Shown: piece by piece, positions 13,060-26,658 of the stretch
Numbering within the stretch: position 1 is the stretch's first letter
Layout: the number at the start of each line of letters is the position of its first letter
NCBI GenBank assembly: GCA_021613535.1
Contig: CP075492.1
Span: forward strand, 558,001 to 622,000
Reading direction: 5' to 3'
Length of the DNA stretch: 64,000 nt
Origin: Adineta vaga
Lineage: Eukaryota; Animalia; Rotifera
The notes under the pieces: generated by a model
Told to the model about the DNA's origin: nothing
Databases searched by the model: none
Seen by the model: only the letters and a program-made list of their open reading frames with translations
Translations under genes and position numbers: made by a program

Positions 13060-14324
13060 AAAAAGAAATGTTCATATTTTGAATGTTTACAAATTCTTGT
13101 TGGTTTATTTGTATCAATTGCAATTACAATTTATACAATAATTCAAACTAACAATGAAAATTTCATTGCTGCACAAAATCGTCTACAAGATTTCGATTTA
13201 GCCAACAGAACACGTTTAAATGATTTAGCAATTGCTGACAATGAAGAAAAAGAAAGAATTTTAAATGATTATATTAAATATTTATCAAAATTTCTTGAAA
13301 AAACAAATATTTCAAATGAAATTACTCAAACTTCATCAAGATCGATTCTTCAATTTTATACATTAAGTGTTTTATCTCAATTATAGATTCAAAACGCAAA
13401 TCTTATTTAATTCGTTGTCTTTATCAAAATAATTTAATAACACATCGATTAAATGATAATTCTTTTCTTGATTTAAATTTTGCAAATTTACAAAACTTAA
13501 ATTTAAATATAAATCGTTTTATTCAAACACCTCATTCATTTTTTTCATGTGTTAATATGGCATTAGCTCATTTAAATGAATCTTCATTTGAATATAATCA
13601 ATTATCTGGAAATCATTTTCATCATTCTTTAATGTTTAAAGTAAATCTACGAGCAACAACAATTCATTTAACATATTGTGATGAGAATTCACCAATTCGA
13701 ACATCATTTACACGAGCATTTTTACTTCAATCAACTTTTAGCCAATCTCGTTATTATGGTATCGATTTTACTTATGCAATTATGAATAATTCTCTATTAG
13801 AAGAATTTTATTGCTACCGATGTAATTTTACTGAAGCTTTTATGATTAAATGTAATCTGAGTTATTCTAAATTTCAATATGAACCAATAAATGGTTATCA
13901 ATTTCCAAAAGATTATAAAGCTTCATTTATTCGAACTGATTTAACAGATACAATTTTATATCGAATAAGATTTGAAAGGATTGATTTTGAAAAAGCTATT
14001 TTAATACAAACTAATGCAACTCAAGCGACTTTTCTTTTTTGTAATTTAACAAATGTTATTATGAATGATTGTATTTTAATAGAAAGTCAAGCGAATCATT
14101 CAAATTTTATTTTATCAAATTTAAATAATTGTCAAATGAATCGAATTCAAATGTTTTATGTGGATTTTAGTCATAGTTATTGTTATTCATGTTTATTTTA
14201 TGGGGCTAATTTAACTGGAATCAATTTTTATAATTCATCTTTAGATAGAAGTAACTTTCAGAATTCGATTATTAATCGTGAACAATTAGCTGATGCTCGA
14301 TCAATTAATGAAATTTATTTATAA
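13060..14324 (+). pseudogene. Pentapeptide-repeat protein with N-terminal TM helix, frameshifted
   Basis: TM segment LQILVGLFVSIAITIYTII, then ERILNDYIKYLS...LSVLSQL, a 2-nt shift at ~13384, then DSKRKSYLIRCLY and A(N/D)LxG-type pentapeptide repeats. Paralog of 42059-43572; C-terminus truncated. Confidence 0.8.
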
Positions 14325-14927
14325 AAATAAATTATTTTATCAAAGGAATATTTGTGAATAAGATTTTTATGTATTTTCAATTCAAATAGACTTAGATTTT
14401 CAATGATGAATATGTTCAATATCGAAATATTCATACCTATTTTGTGGATAATCCTTTTTAGAGATCAATAGGAAGGGGAAAAAACGACACTTCAAAGTAC
14501 AGTGAAGTACTTCATTTTTGAAGTATTCGATAGAAAAGATTTGCTACATAAAATAATTATCTCAATTTGTTTTATAAAAGCAATTAATATTAACTAGATC
14601 ATGAACACAATCGTCCCTATTTTCTAACACATTTTCAGTAGATATATGAAAAATGACATTTTTTGAAGTAATTAATACATTAGTTAAACGTTTCTTTAGC
14701 GAATCAAGGAAACTAGTTTCATTATTTGATTGAACTGGAATTTTCGATAATCATCGATATGGTAAAACGGAAATCCAACAATAGGAATTTCGCCAACTGA
14801 ATTTCGACAGGAGAATACATCCTATTCCGCAATGTTGCACATTTGGGAATCAATTCCTACAATTTTAAGGAATTTCGGAATTGTATCCTTGCTTAAGCAG
14901 GCCTTTCTATCATCCTGGGTGATCGAC

Positions 14928-15285
14928 TAGGTGTGTGACAGCTCAGGTTCAATAGCTCGTGAGAACTGAATTAATGAACTGAGTGATCACTTCAGTTCAT
15001 ATAATGTGAACTATTCGAACGGTTCAGTTCAACTGAACTGAACTGGTCAGCAGCTTCAGTTGACGCGAACTGAACTGATCAATTACTCCAGCTCGCAAGA
15101 ACTAAACTGGCGAAGAATCTCAATTCAAATTTTTAACTGGCCAAATACATCGGCTTTGGACTAGTTCTCTATAGTTGATCAACGATTCGAAATTCAGGAA
15201 CTGCTCAGACAGTTCAGTTGAGTTGCACAGAACCAGCTCGATCAGTTTCAGTTGTGTGAACTGATATGGAACTGTCACAGATCTA
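14928..15285. mobile_element. 358-bp hAT-type MITE
   Basis: Imperfect TIR TAGGTGTGTGACAG / CTGTCACAGATCTA; exact 8-bp TSD TGATCGAC at 14920-14927 and 15286-15293; many internal GAACTG/CAGTTC repeats. Confidence 0.9.
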
Positions 15286-15459
15286 TGATCGACCAAATCC
15301 CCAAAGCGGAATAGGATGACTGCTCCTTTGTTCGATACCTTTATGCTTGTGTTGATAGTGCGTGAAGATTTTGTGTTTCCCTCTGCATTATCATTTCAGA
15401 TCATGTTTATCTATACTCTCCAATTTTTATTCACAAATTGTTTACTCTGTTTGTTTTCT

Positions 15460-15759
15460 CCTTAGTTCGTAATGGTGGTAATGTCACTGTGCTATGTTGT
15501 ACATTGTATGAAACGACTGAGTTTCGACAACGCGCTCCCAATTGTCTCAAATGATCATCTGGTAGCAATTCATTCAATTGTAATGATTGTCTAGTAAATG
15601 GACTATAGTACCGTGTTCATTAATCCATTGTGTGATTGCTGCTCGTTCATAGACACGTCCATCACTTGCAATTACCGGATCACGAAATAATTCCAGAGTA
15701 ATAGGACAAATAAGATCGTCATTATCGATATTCTGCGCACGACTGTGAGTTGTCGCCAT
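15460..15759 (-). pseudogene. U-box domain protein, frameshifted
   Basis: [37 protein letters not shown], shift near 15607, then [22 protein letters not shown] in another frame. Confidence 0.8.
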
Positions 15760-17199
15760 GATGAATGAATGTGAAGAAAAAAAAACGGAACTGATTTATT
15801 TACTTTTTATGTGAATCATAAGAATTGTTGCGATTATCGAAAAAATGTTTGCGTAATTGCTTAAAAATGTTGAAACAATAAGAGAGATCAAGTTTATTTC
15901 TTCCAACTGAAACAGATTGAATTCAATTACCACGAATAATAAAGTATTTCTGTAGAGATAATCCAGAAGAGAAGTATATTTTAGTAGATTTCAGTTGATT
16001 AAGAAAGTAGGTTGTTGGACAAAATTTTAATGGAAAGTTTTTCATTAGATATGGCTTTATATGTGGAAAAAAAAGTGGAGACGAAAGAATGATGGTGACG
16101 TTTTATGAATGGATGTATACTTGGCATAGATCCTAACTGTGGAACAAGAATGAAATTGGGAAGATTATTCATCAAATGTTTCGTATAATTAAATAAAAGA
16201 GAAAGATTTATTTCTCAACTAACACAAAAGGGTGAGGATGAGTGAGAGATGAATTATGTTGGAACATCTGCGTATCGGATTATTATGATCGATTTAGATA
16301 TGTTTTTAATAATTTTTGAAAAATCTCTTTTTATCAAAAGTCTTTGTATTTTTCCTCACGGATAATGAGAATTGATTCGATAATTCAATCATTTCTCATC
16401 GTTGAGCTGGAACAGAATAGTCGAGAAGATTGAATTATGCATAAAATTTCAGGTTGATTTATCTCTTCGTTGAAAAAATATCATATGAACAGACAAATAC
16501 ACCGAATGATTTCAGTAATTCACCCAGTTTTTCGATACTCTAAGTTAACTTTCTATTGTTTCATTATTTTCTTTCCAGAATATTTACTCCGAAAAATCGA
16601 TATCAAAATCGAAACTTTATTTAAAGAAAATAAGATATTTAAAGTTCAGTAGTAGTATTGCTTTAGTTCTTTACCACTGATCATCAAATACTTTTTTGCT
16701 TATATATATTCTATTAGTTTTTAGTATAGTGATTATCCTACTCAATCTTTTCATGGATTCAAAATAATCGATTATTGAGGTAAATCATTGTCAAATGTGA
16801 TGAATCTAACGAAATCTTCTTGGTAGAGAATAGAATAGAGAAAAATATCATTCGTTCACAATATTTCTCGTCAGAGTATACTATGAGATATGAATGACTC
16901 ATTTCAAGTCATTTTATTTTATCGTGTCGCAGGATTCAATGAAGAATATCGAATAAAGAAAAAGAAAAAATTATCACAAAAGAATAAAGATTTTAATCAT
17001 TCTCATTTGATAAAATTTTCGTGTGTCCAGAACTGGATATCTATTCGTGTTACATTATTTATTCATTATCAATCGAATTACCGTAAAAAAATGTAATAAA
17101 ACGACGGCAACAGTGAGATTTACTCGCTATTCAGTGTATCGTCATTAATTTTGGTCTATTGTTGACAATAGGACTTCCAGCTAAGATTCTCTTAGTTAT

Positions 17200-17514
17200 C
17201 CCAGGTCGAAAAATCCGAGCCGGATCCGGTCGGAACCAGAACATTCCGGTCATTTCATGGAAGCAGGATTCCGATCCGGATATTTTCGGACTTTTCCACT
17301 CGCTTCTGACTAACTTCCAGTAAGTTCCAGTCGGAAAACGACTGGAATTCACCAGAACAGTCCGAGAAATTCCGACCGGAATACTGCTTCCACTCTCCTT
17401 TGTTTTCCGGTTGGAACCTTTTGGAACTAGCAGGAACCGTCCGGAATATCCTTGGAAAGGCGTGATTTCTGGCAGGTTCCTTTCGGATCCGGAGGCCGGA
17501 ATGTCCGTCCTGGG
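17200..17514. mobile_element. 315-bp non-autonomous DNA element with CCC...GGG ends (CMC/EnSpm-like)
   Basis: Imperfect TIR CCCAGGTCGAAAAATCCG / CGGAATGTCCGTCCTGGG; AT on both flanks (2-bp TSD); TCCGG/GGAA-rich interior. Confidence 0.75.
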
Positions 17515-17840
17515 ATTCTTTACTTTATCGTATCTTATGGGTTAGAGTTGAAAAGTATCTATGACAATATTCAGTATAAAAATGGTTTTCATGACATGTC
17601 AACTAAAAAAGATTGTTATAAAAAGGCAGTGACCAATTAATCTGGGAAATATCATTTATAACTCTAATCGAGTAGAACACAAAATCACTGCTAACTGAAT
17701 TTATAACCTTTTATTAACATAAGTGTGAGTATTTTATTTCATCTTTTCATCATCTTGATTAAATCTTTATTTTAACTAAGAGAAAATCTAATGAAATAAA
17801 TCTTATTTTGTTTAAATAACTATATCTATAAACTTTATCG

Positions 17841-20800
17841 TTATTCAAATGATGATTGAAGTTTTTCTACTAACAGGCCAAGTCGATGACGATTGTCATA
17901 TGCTTCCATTTCTTCTAAATGTCCATATGCTAAATCAATTAATTTATCAATACTTTCAGGTTGAATATCGTCTAGGTCAATAGGATTTTCAAGCCATATT
18001 TGCCATCGGTGATAATTCTCATTAAGAACGTTATTAAGATGAAGATCAATATTATTTTGAGGACCATCCATTAGCACTTTGAGTACAGATTGATGATTTC
18101 GAGCCCAAAATAGCAAATTTCGACTTTCATTAGGGTTCAACGGATCGGATACATAATCTCCAGTACCCAACGATAGAAGTCGGATACGATTTTTATCACA
18201 CTTGCGATGAACAGATATAGCTTGATCATAAGCGAACATTGCTGGATTATTTGCTTGTACACCACCATCAACATACAAAACATTTCTAAGTTTATAAGCA
18301 GGAAAATAAGTTGGTGCAGCTGTTGTACACATAAGTACTTCCGTAAGTAGATGATTCTTTGTTCTATCTTTCAGACTAGCCTGTCGTGTGAAAATTTCAG
18401 TGACATTGCCGTCACTTTTTACTGCTGGTATAATCAGTTCGGCTACTGTATCCGAGAGACGTGAACGACCAAAGTAATCACTGAACAACATATGACGACC
18501 TGTATCCAAGTATTTAGATTCTTTTAATAAATAAGTTCGTATCTGACTAATAAAGTTTGCATTTATTGAGAAAACTTGATTCGCTTTTTTACGATAGATT
18601 TCAACTATATCTGCCGCTTGATAACGAGCTTTAGATGAATCAGTCAATGAGGGTGTTGTTAGACCTGCACCAATAATTGCACCAGTCGACGTACCAGCTA
18701 TAACATGAAATATGGACGAAATCGGTTGTCGAATCTTACGTTCTAATGACATTAACCAAATCGCTGGAATGATACCTCGAATTCCACCACCATCAATAGA
18801 TAAAATATTATAAAATGAATGTTCATTACGAAGATTTGAAGAACAAGAGTTCAAATCAATTGGATCATATATTTGTGATCGATCATCTTTCATTTTAATT
18901 GCTTTTTCTTCTCTTTGTATGTCAATATTGTTTCGATCAAGATTTAAAGCTCGCTGAATTCCGAATCTGGCATTATTATAATCACCCATGTTTCGTTGTG
19001 CTTGTGCATAAATTAGCCATAATTCAGCTGATGACAGATGCTGCCGTTCGCCTAGCCGTTCATTAATACGTGAGAATCGATGTTGTTTTAATAGACATCT
19101 ACAAAAGCCTAGTTCAGCTAAATCATGTTGCTCTTTTGAGATGACATTTTCCATCGATAGAATTTCGCTGAAATGATTCTGTGCTTTTTGCCAATTTGCC
19201 AAACCTATTATATAATACAAATATATGTAAAAATAAGCTTTTAGTTTCAAATATTTAATGAAGTGTGATAATGAATTTTTTAAATTCTGAGATGGTATTG
19301 TACGAGAAAATTCAAAAACTATTTGCTGGGAAAGAATATCAAATAACTTCGTATAATCGGCATAAGAAAACATTTCTGTGTTATTAATTAGATGATGCAT
19401 TAAAATCTGCTTTATATATACGTTAATCTATCTAAACAGCATATAACTATACCTGCTAAATGATTTCTCTTATCATCTTGACGAGCTTCATTCTCATAGT
19501 ACTTAGCAATTCGTAGAAGAACTTCTGCTCGTAACGGATGGTTCTTTGGTGTGTCTTCCATTTGCCAATGTAGATGATTTATTTCAATAGGAACAATGGT
19601 AAATATATGGCTAATACGATCATGTCCTGGAAGAACAACTACATATAAATCGTACACTTCAGTTTCCCCACATGTGTAATCTATCACAGCGTGAGATGTT
19701 GTGAAGACCATCCCATATTTCGTGTCAGGAATTATATTACATGGATGTATTTTTAAATTGACAAATGAAGATAGAATCGGTAAATAAGCTTGATGTTTGA
19801 ATATATTTTTAGTTGAATCAAATTGATTTGCCAATTCAGATCGATTTGAAACATGTTCTTGTCGTAAAATTGCAAGAATAAGTTCATTGTCACTTGTGTA
19901 TTTATTCAACATATGAGCAATTAATTGTTCATGAGTCAAACAATGCTTATTTGGTATGAGCTGAGCAAGCATCGCTAATTGATCATCTTCATCATTCGTC
20001 TTTATTATTTTTTGACAAGCATTATATCCAAGATCGGTTTTCAAATATTCAATATTATCAATATCGAATGATTTATTATGATCAATAGCATGTATATTTG
20101 TTGGATTAGTGAAATTTGGACTATCATTATCCATTCCAAATGCGCTCAAAAGATCTTCAAGTGCTTGAATACGTTCATCCGGTATATAGAAAAAACGATC
20201 ATACATTTCATTTTCCGACATTTTTAAGTTTTTTAATGATTGTTTACATCGTTCGTAATTGTCTTTACCTACAAAATAAACATCTATGATTTTTACTTCT
20301 GGTAAAATATTATAAAAATCTAAATCATTTTATCTATTCTATACAGAAGAGAAATAATTGAATGGAATGTTAAAATACTAAAAATTCTGTTAGCTTTATG
20401 TGTGAACCATGAAAGGAAACGAAAGAAAGAGAAAATGGGGAAAAAGTGATCTTCGTGGGATTCGAATTCACACCTTTTGCCATCTGATCAGATCTTCTAA
20501 ACCAGCTAGACTAGAAGAACAATCTTAATATCGAAAATATTCAATTCTATCATCTAATGTTAAAAATAATCTATTGAATAACAGCAATTAGTGTAAATAA
20601 AAATCGAACGTAAAAGATTCTGTAACAAAACTACTGTACCTCCAGCTAATAGACAAGCGATAGCATAATTGAGACGTGCAAGTCTATAATATCCTCTTAA
20701 ACGATTGGTGAATGGAGTTTCGCGTGCATCGACAATATCTTTCTCGGAAATTGTATTAACAATTTTGGAGACGAATCGACCAATTTTTTGATGATGATAA

Positions 20801-21688
20801 CTTTCAATCTGTTTATCAAGTTTTTCAGCGGCTTCAAATAAACGTGGATTATCATAAGTTCCTTGAAAAAGAATTTTACTCTGCTCGAGTAATGCTGTAT
20901 GTTCAGGATTTTTACGCTGTGAATCATTAAAGTCAACACCACGAAGAAGAACTTCACCAATTAAAATGAGAAGATATGCAATTTTATCTGCTCGAAAGCC
21001 ATGATCGAGTAAAGGTTCTATAATTTGTTCGACACGAATTTCGATACTAATCGTCTCACTTCCTAGTCGTTTATCCATTAATCGTCGTTCTTCATAATAA
21101 GGTTTACACAGAAATTCAATAAACTTATCATATTCTTCATTATTGTAATGTTGAATTGCACTACTCATCATTTTATTTAAATTATCACGAATTTTGTATT
21201 CAGTAGAAATATTTTTTGTTGATAATTGTTTAGTTACATAACTAAATACGAATATGTTGAATAGCAGTGAACCAGCTTTAGCGATTAATGGAATGGTCAC
21301 AAATAGAGCTAGATCTGCTGCCATACCAGTGACTTTCATAATCTTATTTGCAGATGTGCGAAAATTCGAATCTTCTACGTATCTATTTTCAACGGTGAAT
21401 TCGCTTAATTGTGCGCTACGAACGACACATTTTCGAAGAATTGTTTGTCGAATAAATATTTGAGTTTCATCGAGAATTTCTCTTGATGATAATTGTGGAT
21501 TGGTACATAAAGCTATTTCTCGATGTGTATTTGTAGATACTGTAGTATTAGTTTCTTCAGCAGTTATCTTCGTTAAACCTTGATATTTTTCTAAAGCTCC
21601 CTGTAACTGTCGTAATTTTTGAAATAATCGTTCAGTCATATTTGCTTGTGTAATAATATAGATTGCTGCAACAATATATAATTGTGCT
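17841..21688 (-). CDS. Large helical/TPR protein with C-terminal patatin phospholipase domain; 5' part cut by a transposon
   Basis: Exons 21688-20640, 20268-19453, 19204-17841 join in frame (introns 20639-20269, 19452-19205). Patatin motifs DGGGIRG, GTSTG, AAPTYF and DGG are intact; TPR-like helix pair AELWLIYAQAQRNMGDYNNARFGIQRALNLD. The frame stays open (AQLYIVAAIYIITQAN) up to the TIR at 21689. Confidence 0.85.
20447..20520 (-). pseudogene. tRNA-derived pseudogene or SINE head in a patatin intron
   Basis: Minus strand GTTCTTC-TAGTCTAGCTGGT (A-box-like)...GTGAATTCGAATCCCAC (T-arm/B-box)-GAAGATC-A. Acceptor stem 6/7 paired; no recognisable anticodon arm. Confidence 0.55.
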
Positions 21689-22488
21689 CAAGGGGGAAAA
21701 AACTGATTTAAATCACTCAAAACTCAAATTTAAATCAATTAAATCACTGTTAAATCAAATAAATCAAATAAATCAGTTTTGAGTCAAATAAATCAAAAAA
21801 ATCAGTTTTGAGTCAAATAAATCAAATAAATCACTTTTGAGTCAAATAAATCAAGTAAATCACTTTCGAAAACATTTCAATCAATAACGAAAACTATGTG
21901 AAATTAATTTGTTCTGCATTGTATTATAGAATCAATTGTTTCGTCTCGAATATATGACCAACATGTGCTTTATACAACTATAAAACATTTTCTTTCGCAT
22001 ATAATTTTCATGTTGTTCGTGTATTAAGAATCGAATAGAACGGAAAGAAAAAGAGTTTCCCTCGATTTGTTATATCATTATAAGACAGAGACATAGGAAA
22101 AAAAGACACATTTTCTTTCTCTCGGCTCGTTATCACATTCATTTTCATCCTATCTTTCGATTTATTCACTCGTCTTATTTTATCTGACAAGTTCAAATAA
22201 TATATAGTCATACTAGAGAGTCATGAAGATACTGTTAGAAAACAATATAGATTTATATTTTATTGTTCCGTTTTTGCAGTTTCAATCTATTCATTAAATA
22301 TAACTTATAGAATATTTGGCTGAATAATGTGTCGTGATACTCAGTTGTGTGATCTATCTGATGATAATTTTTGTCTAATACAGCAAGCTAGACTTTTTTC
22401 TTTCAATTAAGAATAATGGTTTCTTTAAAGCGAATTTGTAAATTTAAATACTAAGCATGTTGTATTTATTTAACTTTATTGTGTTTAG

Positions 22489-22746
22489 ATGTCGAACTAC
22501 TATCGTCATGTAGAACATGGAAATTGTCCGGTCATGGAGAAAAAATTGAATGATGAATCTGATCGAGATAAAAATGATAATGAAACCGATAGCAACAGCA
22601 ACAACAACAATGGAAACTCAAATAATTCTTCTGGCACACCGAAATCACCTTTAATCGATACACATCTCAACAAGAAACCTCCTAGAAAAAGACGTTTATC
22701 TGCACCTACAACTGCTCCTCGCCGTACTAAACGTCGACGATCATAA
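22489..22746 (+). CDS. Accessory ORF or exon inside the P-like element, ending in a basic NLS-like tail
   Basis: Preceded by a TTTAG acceptor; SNYYRHV...KKPPRKRRLS...RRTKRRRS. Confidence 0.4.
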   Translation: MSNYYRHVEHGNCPVMEKKLNDESDRDKNDNETDSNSNNNNGNSNNSSGTPKSPLIDTHLNKKPPRKRRLSAPTTAPRRTKRRRS

Positions 22747-23371
22747 ATATAAACTATACCGTAAACAATTTCTTCATCTCGTTTCGATGTTTTAATATAA
22801 ATATTTGTGGATGTTCCTATTTTATATCTATTTTTTTAAGTATTTTATCGACCTATTGATCTTTTAATACTCGATTTGTCTTATTTTCGCTGGTGTATTT
22901 GATTTATTTGTTGATATTGTATTTATTTGTTCAATTATTAAATATCTCAGAAGATCGTTTCAAACCTTTTTGTATAACGATATTTCAGCGGGAAATAACT
23001 AAAATTGAAAGGACAAGTTTGCTCACCATCAATTAATTTAGATATCACACTAAGTAATATTTGAATAATCTTTTTTAATTTCAATCTGACTGAAGATAAC
23101 ACGTGCATCATTTTTTTTAATAGAAAAGTCGAAAATGAATTAGAAACGAAGACACTCCTCTTCTATCGACGATTAGTAACATTAGAAATGAAATCTACGA
23201 TATACATATTAATTTTCTCTGATTCGATTATCCAGCATTTTCACATGTTATAATGATTATAATGCAGGCAACTATTTTCTATATGGTAATGACGTCAAAA
23301 ATATGTCACATATATTCTGTATCAATTCTCTTGTTATTGATTACATTTTCTCTGTTGAGTTTTCATTTTAG

Positions 23372-26195
23372 ATGACCTTTTCTCTACCAGTCGATTCTCT
23401 CTACCTATCAGGTGATTCATTTTACAACGTTGTTGAACAATTTTGCGGCGATCAAGCAGTAGAATTGCTTAAATTTCAACTGATTGATACCTCTATGAAT
23501 TTACTTGAAGTTGAGGATGTTTTTTCCATTTTGTATTTCGAATCTGATCGCACTGAAGCACTCAAAGAAATATTGGGTTTTCCATGCAAAGATGAATTTG
23601 GTAACTATTCGTTCTTCATTATGCCAGGAATTCGTCTGAAGCTTAACAAGTTTATTCATACACTTCGTTGTCTTTTACCATCTATTGATTCATCGTCAAC
23701 TATTGAACCTTTGATAATATCATCTGATTTAATTCAAAAATATCCATTTTTGATTGATCTTATATATTGTTGTGAATCCAACTTATTACCTGATTTTCTG
23801 CTTGACTTTATTTCGAACATGATTTCTAATTTAACACGAGCAAAAAACGGATATCGTTATAAACAATCGGTCAAGGATTTCGCCACATGTCTTTACATAT
23901 TGGGAGGAAGAACTGTGCATGAATTTGTGCGGATGAATTTGCTTGGATCTGTACCAAGCATACCTAGTCTTCGGGCTGGAATTACATCTGAAAAGAATCA
24001 GTATGTGGAAGGTGAATTTTACTTTGATCGTCTGAAAAATTATATGGATTCTTTCAAATGTACGTAAGCATTTGTCGGAGAAGATTGTACCGGTGTTGTG
24101 CCAAGAATACATTATGATGTTCATTCCAACTGTTTTATAGGATTCACTCTTCCACTTAAAGATGGATTTCCATCCACGTACTACTTTTCTACTAACTCAT
24201 TAGCTGAACTTGAAATGTGGTATAGTAGAATAGATAAAGCGTCTCTCCTAAACGTGCACGTTGTGCAACCTTTATCTCCATTGAATTCAACTCCACCACC
24301 ATCGTTTATTCTTTCAGTCTACGGTACAAACGGGAAGTTTACTGCTCAGGATATTCTTCAACGCTGGTTGAAAATATTTGATTTATGTTTTGAACGAAAT
24401 ATAAGAATATTAGGATTTTCAACTGATTGTGATCCAAGAAGTTTAAATGCGATGCGTAATGCTATGGGTTTTTTTTCAAAATCAGACTTACAATTGGAAG
24501 AACATCAACATCATTTTCACATTTCATCATTAAAAGTTAGTAATCTATTACTGTACTTAGTTTAAAAACAGATATTAAAATACTTTAATCAGTGGTTTGA
24601 TTATTTTTCTTTTATATTGCTTTAGAATAGTTGTTGGTTTTTTCTTAAGCCAAAACAACTTTTTGTTTGCTTTCAAGATCCCGTGCATATTTGCACGAAA
24701 CTTCGCAATCGTCTTTTAGCTCCCGATATTATTTTATTAATTGGAAAAAAACATGCAACTGTTGATTATCTGTTAGAATTAATTGAAAACTATTCAAGAT
24801 TTGATCATGCTTTAACCGTCTCAGATGTACTTGTAAATGATAAACAAAATTACTGTTCTTGAGAGAAAATTTCAAATGAAAATGTTCTTACTTTTCTTAA
24901 AAAAATTCCAAAATCTGAAGCATTACAAGCCTATCTCCACGTAAGATTTTGTTGATTTCTATCTTCATATGACTCTCGAGAAATAATATGATATTTTCTT
25001 ACATGTTTCAGCTACTTTAAGCACCAGATATTTAAGGAAACCGTTTTTTCTAAAATTAATCCTAAATGAATTATAAATTACATTTTTTCTCAAAATCTAT
25101 TGAATATCTGAATTTTTTTATTTAACAATAGCTGATTCGATTTGTTCGTCTGGCATTTATTGTCAAACAAACGGACACTATTGATCGATTATATTACTCG
25201 TGGACCGCGGTATTTATAGTTCGCCTCTGGTCTTCATGGTTAGGAATAACCGACTTTAATGATCTTCAGAAAATAATCTTGGATTTGTTACCGACAAGTT
25301 CTATGAAATCTATTTCGAAATCAGGATTATTTATAACCGTACCAGCTTTATTCTCATTGGAAATGAATGCTCATACTTTGACATACTTGATGGTTCTCGT
25401 CGCTGAAAAAATAATAACTGAAGAAGCTCTGAACATATCACTTTTCAATTCACAAATATGTGAAAACGTTTTCCGCTTAGCACGATCAATGTCTGGACCA
25501 TTCTCCAGCGTGGTGAATTTTTCTATCAATGAATTTCTTCAACGTGTTGAGAAATTGACTGTTCTTAAAAAAATATCAAATGTTCGTCTGATTCAGGCGT
25601 TAATAATCTGCTTTTCCCAAAACATCACAAGCAATCACAGCAAACACATCAATTGCCATCAATGAAGGCAACGAATTATATTACAGAAGAACTTATTGAA
25701 AAAACTGTATTTAGTGCTTATCTTCGTGCTAGCCAAATTCTTTCTGATTGCAATCTATCGATTCTGAATCCCGATGGTAACAGTATATCATTTGAAGAAG
25801 TTAATCAATTAGCTCACCAAAAACTAACAAGATCGCAATGCAAAGCTTTTAGTAAAAAGGATAATCAATCGAACTATGATAAACAAGATGAAGATGAAGA
25901 TCTTCAACAATATCTAAGTCAAAAGCAATCTAGTGGAGTAAATATAATGGATGATGTAGATGAATTGATATTGGATGATGAGTCAGATGCAGACATTTTT
26001 TCAAATGTATCTACTTCAACGTTTAATGGAATGCGAATCTTTGATTCCATCAGTGCACATCAAACTGGATCGTTCTTTCCCGTTGATATAAATGGAGAGA
26101 AAAAATTCTTGCATAAACAAGCGGCAAATTGGTATTTCTCAAAAGCAAAACATACTTTATCATCTGATCGATCAATTAGAGTTCAAAAGAAATAG
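23372..26195 (+). pseudogene. P-element/THAP9-like DDE transposase pseudogene with introns
   Basis: Motifs LYILGGRTVHEFVRMNL..SVPS, EDCTG, FSTDCD, QDPVHICTKLRNR, DKQN, SQICENVFRLARSM. Stops at 24065-24067 and ~24860, frameshift near 25570; introns ~24536-24625 and ~24941-25131. Confidence 0.85.
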
Positions 26196-26635
26196 TTTTT
26201 CTATATATTTGTCTTCTAAAAAAAAATATATGCAAACTATTTGCATAATAAAAGATGATCGTTCAATATTCCTATCCTGCCCTTTGATGTAATCGACTAA
26301 GATTCAAATCTTGCAGTCAAAAATATATACACAACAGTTTATTTGTTTTTGAAAAAGGAAAAGAACACCTCGAGTTAATTAAATGATCTCTCTTATATGT
26401 ATATCATACACTACATTAGACAAACTAGAACATGTAAACTGGAGAAGTGAGTAACCAGCTATATCTCTGTAAATCGTTTGATGATATCTGATTTACGTGA
26501 TTTTTAAATCAGTTTAAATCAGTTTTAAATCAAAAAAATCGCCTAAACTCATTTTAAATCAGAAAAATCACCTAAACTCATTTTAAATCAATAAATCACA
26601 AATTGTTTTTTCCCCCTTGGTACAAACTTTCATGT

Positions 26636-26658
26636 NNNNNNNNNNNNNNNNNNNNNNN
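26636..26658. other. Assembly gap
   Basis: Run of N. Confidence 1.

Larger units (their letters stand above)
21689..26619 (+). mobile_element. ~4.9-kb P-element-superfamily DNA transposon, inactive
   Basis: Perfect 15-bp TIR CAAGGGGGAAAAAAC / GTTTTTTCCCCCTTG; subterminal AAATCA arrays at both ends; internal THAP9-like transposase. No TSD visible (ATTGTGCT vs GTACAAAC). Confidence 0.85.

Noticed and set aside
15990-16460. Coding-like patch (RYGFICGKKSG...FYEWMYTWHRS)
   Set aside because: Too decayed to assign to a family.
17131-17640. Two short ORFs
   Set aside because: By-products of the GC-rich MITE at 17200-17514.
19205-19400. N-terminal 65 aa of the 519-aa patatin ORF
   Set aside because: Better explained as read-through of intron 19452-19205; the alternative acceptor at 19407 is out of frame.
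21705-21870. Regular AAATAAATCA arrays resembling a CRISPR or satellite
   Set aside because: No unique spacers; they are transposon subterminal repeats mirrored at 26490-26600.
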